Assembly: GCA_963847705.1 (NCBI GenBank)
Contig: CAWKBC010000034.1
Span: 96,001-160,000, forward strand
Source: an uncultured Pseudomonadota bacterium
Lineage (GTDB): Bacteria > Myxococcota_A > Polyangia > Fen-1088
DNA length: 64,000 bases
Direction of reading: 5' to 3'
The notes under the pieces were generated by a model. The model ran no database searches, was not told the DNA's origin, and worked only from the letters and a program-made list of their open reading frames with translations. Made by a program: the position numbers and the translations under genes. Below are positions 62,821 to 64,000 of this stretch, in pieces; within the stretch, counting starts at the first letter, position 1, and every line of letters begins with the position of its first letter.

Positions 62821-63183
62821 GTGAGCGAGACGGTTCACTCCCATTGTCGCGCCTTCCAACTCGCCCTCGAGGTGCTGGGGCGCCCCTGGAACGCGCTCAT
62901 CCTCAACGTTCTGCAGGCCGGACCGCTGCGCTACAGCCAGCTCTCCGAGGCGGCTCAGGGACCGGGAGACAAGGTCCTCTCGGCGCGTCTCAAGGAGCTG
63001 GAGACCCACGGCCTCATCGACCGCCAGGTCGCGGCCGGCCCACCGGTGCGGGTGACCTACGAGCTGACCAGCCGCGGCCGCGGGTTTGGCGACGTGGCGA
63101 TCGCGATCGAGCGCTGGGGGCGCTGCCTGGACACGGCGGGGAAGCACCGCAAGACGAACAAGCGATCAAGCACGGCGCGCTGA
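62821..63183 (+). CDS. HxlR/DUF24 winged-helix redox regulator
   Basis: N-terminal Cys (SHC), LGRPWNALI, LSARLKELE, VTYELT..G. Confidence 0.9.
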   Translation: MSETVHSHCRAFQLALEVLGRPWNALILNVLQAGPLRYSQLSEAAQGPGDKVLSARLKELETHGLIDRQVAAGPPVRVTYELTSRGRGFGDVAIAIERWGRCLDTAGKHRKTNKRSSTAR

Positions 63184-63238
63184 GGCCGGCGCCCGCCGGC
63201 GCGCTCGGACGCCGTTCCCCGGGCGAACCGCAGGGCGC

Positions 63239-63982
63239 CTAGCGGGAGGCGCGCTTGCGCAGGCGCAGGTTCAGGAGCTCCACCACCAGCGAGAAGGCCA
63301 TCGCGAAGTAGACGTAGCCGCGGCTGATGTGCTGACCGAAGGCGTCGGCGGTCAAGAGGACGCCGATGAGCAGCAGGAAGGCGAGCGCCAGGATCTTGAA
63401 GCTCGCGTGGCGGGTCACGAAGTCGGCCACCACGTTGGCGAACGCCAGCATCACCCCGACCGCGATCACCATCGCCACCATCATGATCGGGATGGCGCGG
63501 GCCATTCCGACCGCGGTGATCACCGAGTCGAGGGAGAACACGACGTCGAGGGCCAGCATCTGGATCAGCGTGACCGCGAAGCCGGCCTCCTTCCCCGCGA
63601 GCGCCTGCGGCGCGCCCGCGCCGTCCAGGCCGGCGGGCGTCTGCTCGATCCGTTCGTAGAGCTCGTGGGTCGCCTTGTAGATGAGGAACAGTCCCCCCGC
63701 GAGCATCACCAGATCGCGCCCCGACAACGCGTTGCCGAACAGGTGGAAGAGCGGCCGGGTCAGCCCCATCAGCCAGGAGAGCCCGAGCAAGAGGCCGAGG
63801 CGCAGAATCAGCGCCAGGCCGATCCCGAGCCGGCGGACCAGGCTGCGGCGCGCGGGCGCCACCTTCTGCGACAGGATGGCGACCAGGAGGATGTTGTCGA
63901 TCCCGAGGACGATCTCCATCACCGCGAGGCTGGCCAGGCTCACCAGCCCCTCCCACGTCAAGAGCGGTCGAAAGTCGAGCAC
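63239..63982 (-). CDS. TerC family membrane protein
   Basis: EIVLGIDN, LDVVFSLDSVITAVG, GYVYFAMAFS. Confidence 0.93.
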   Translation of the reverse strand: MLDFRPLLTWEGLVSLASLAVMEIVLGIDNILLVAILSQKVAPARRSLVRRLGIGLALILRLGLLLGLSWLMGLTRPLFHLFGNALSGRDLVMLAGGLFLIYKATHELYERIEQTPAGLDGAGAPQALAGKEAGFAVTLIQMLALDVVFSLDSVITAVGMARAIPIMMVAMVIAVGVMLAFANVVADFVTRHASFKILALAFLLLIGVLLTADAFGQHISRGYVYFAMAFSLVVELLNLRLRKRASR

Positions 63983-64000
63983 GCGCGAAGGCTAACCTTG

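Overview
This is a very GC-rich (~70%) bacterial chromosomal window, most likely from a soil myxobacterium (Myxococcota, Polyangia-like). That placement is inferred from the many Cys-rich and TGG-linker lipoproteins, TPR-TM proteins, vWA lipoproteins and a DUF4388 protein. It holds about 60 CDS. Housekeeping or stress genes include cydAB, amiF, an ABC-F ATPase, pgk, ltaE, TerC, pirin/HxlR and ArsR/SRPBCC. It also has a fluoride riboswitch with a CLC-F exporter, an orphan hopanoid C-3 methylase (hpnR), dispersed lipoprotein-anchored xylan-active enzymes (GH10, GH11, SGNH, CE4), a LacI-type-sensor hybrid kinase, and an extra RpoD-like sigma factor coupled to a Cys-rich gene. I saw no rRNA, tRNA, CRISPR array or transposase. 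The best unexplained signals are: (1) an unannotated ~190-nt rod-shaped, 6S-like RNA at 27093-27294 on the + strand between two minus-strand genes; (2) a divergent envelope locus at 31422-37705, with a sigma54-preceded pair of paralogous beta-barrel-like proteins facing a TPR-TM protein and a Cys-rich stalk lipoprotein tipped with three phage-tail-fibre-like domains. Several apparent single-base frameshifts suggest assembly indels. All product calls come from motifs read by eye; no database search or folding program was run.
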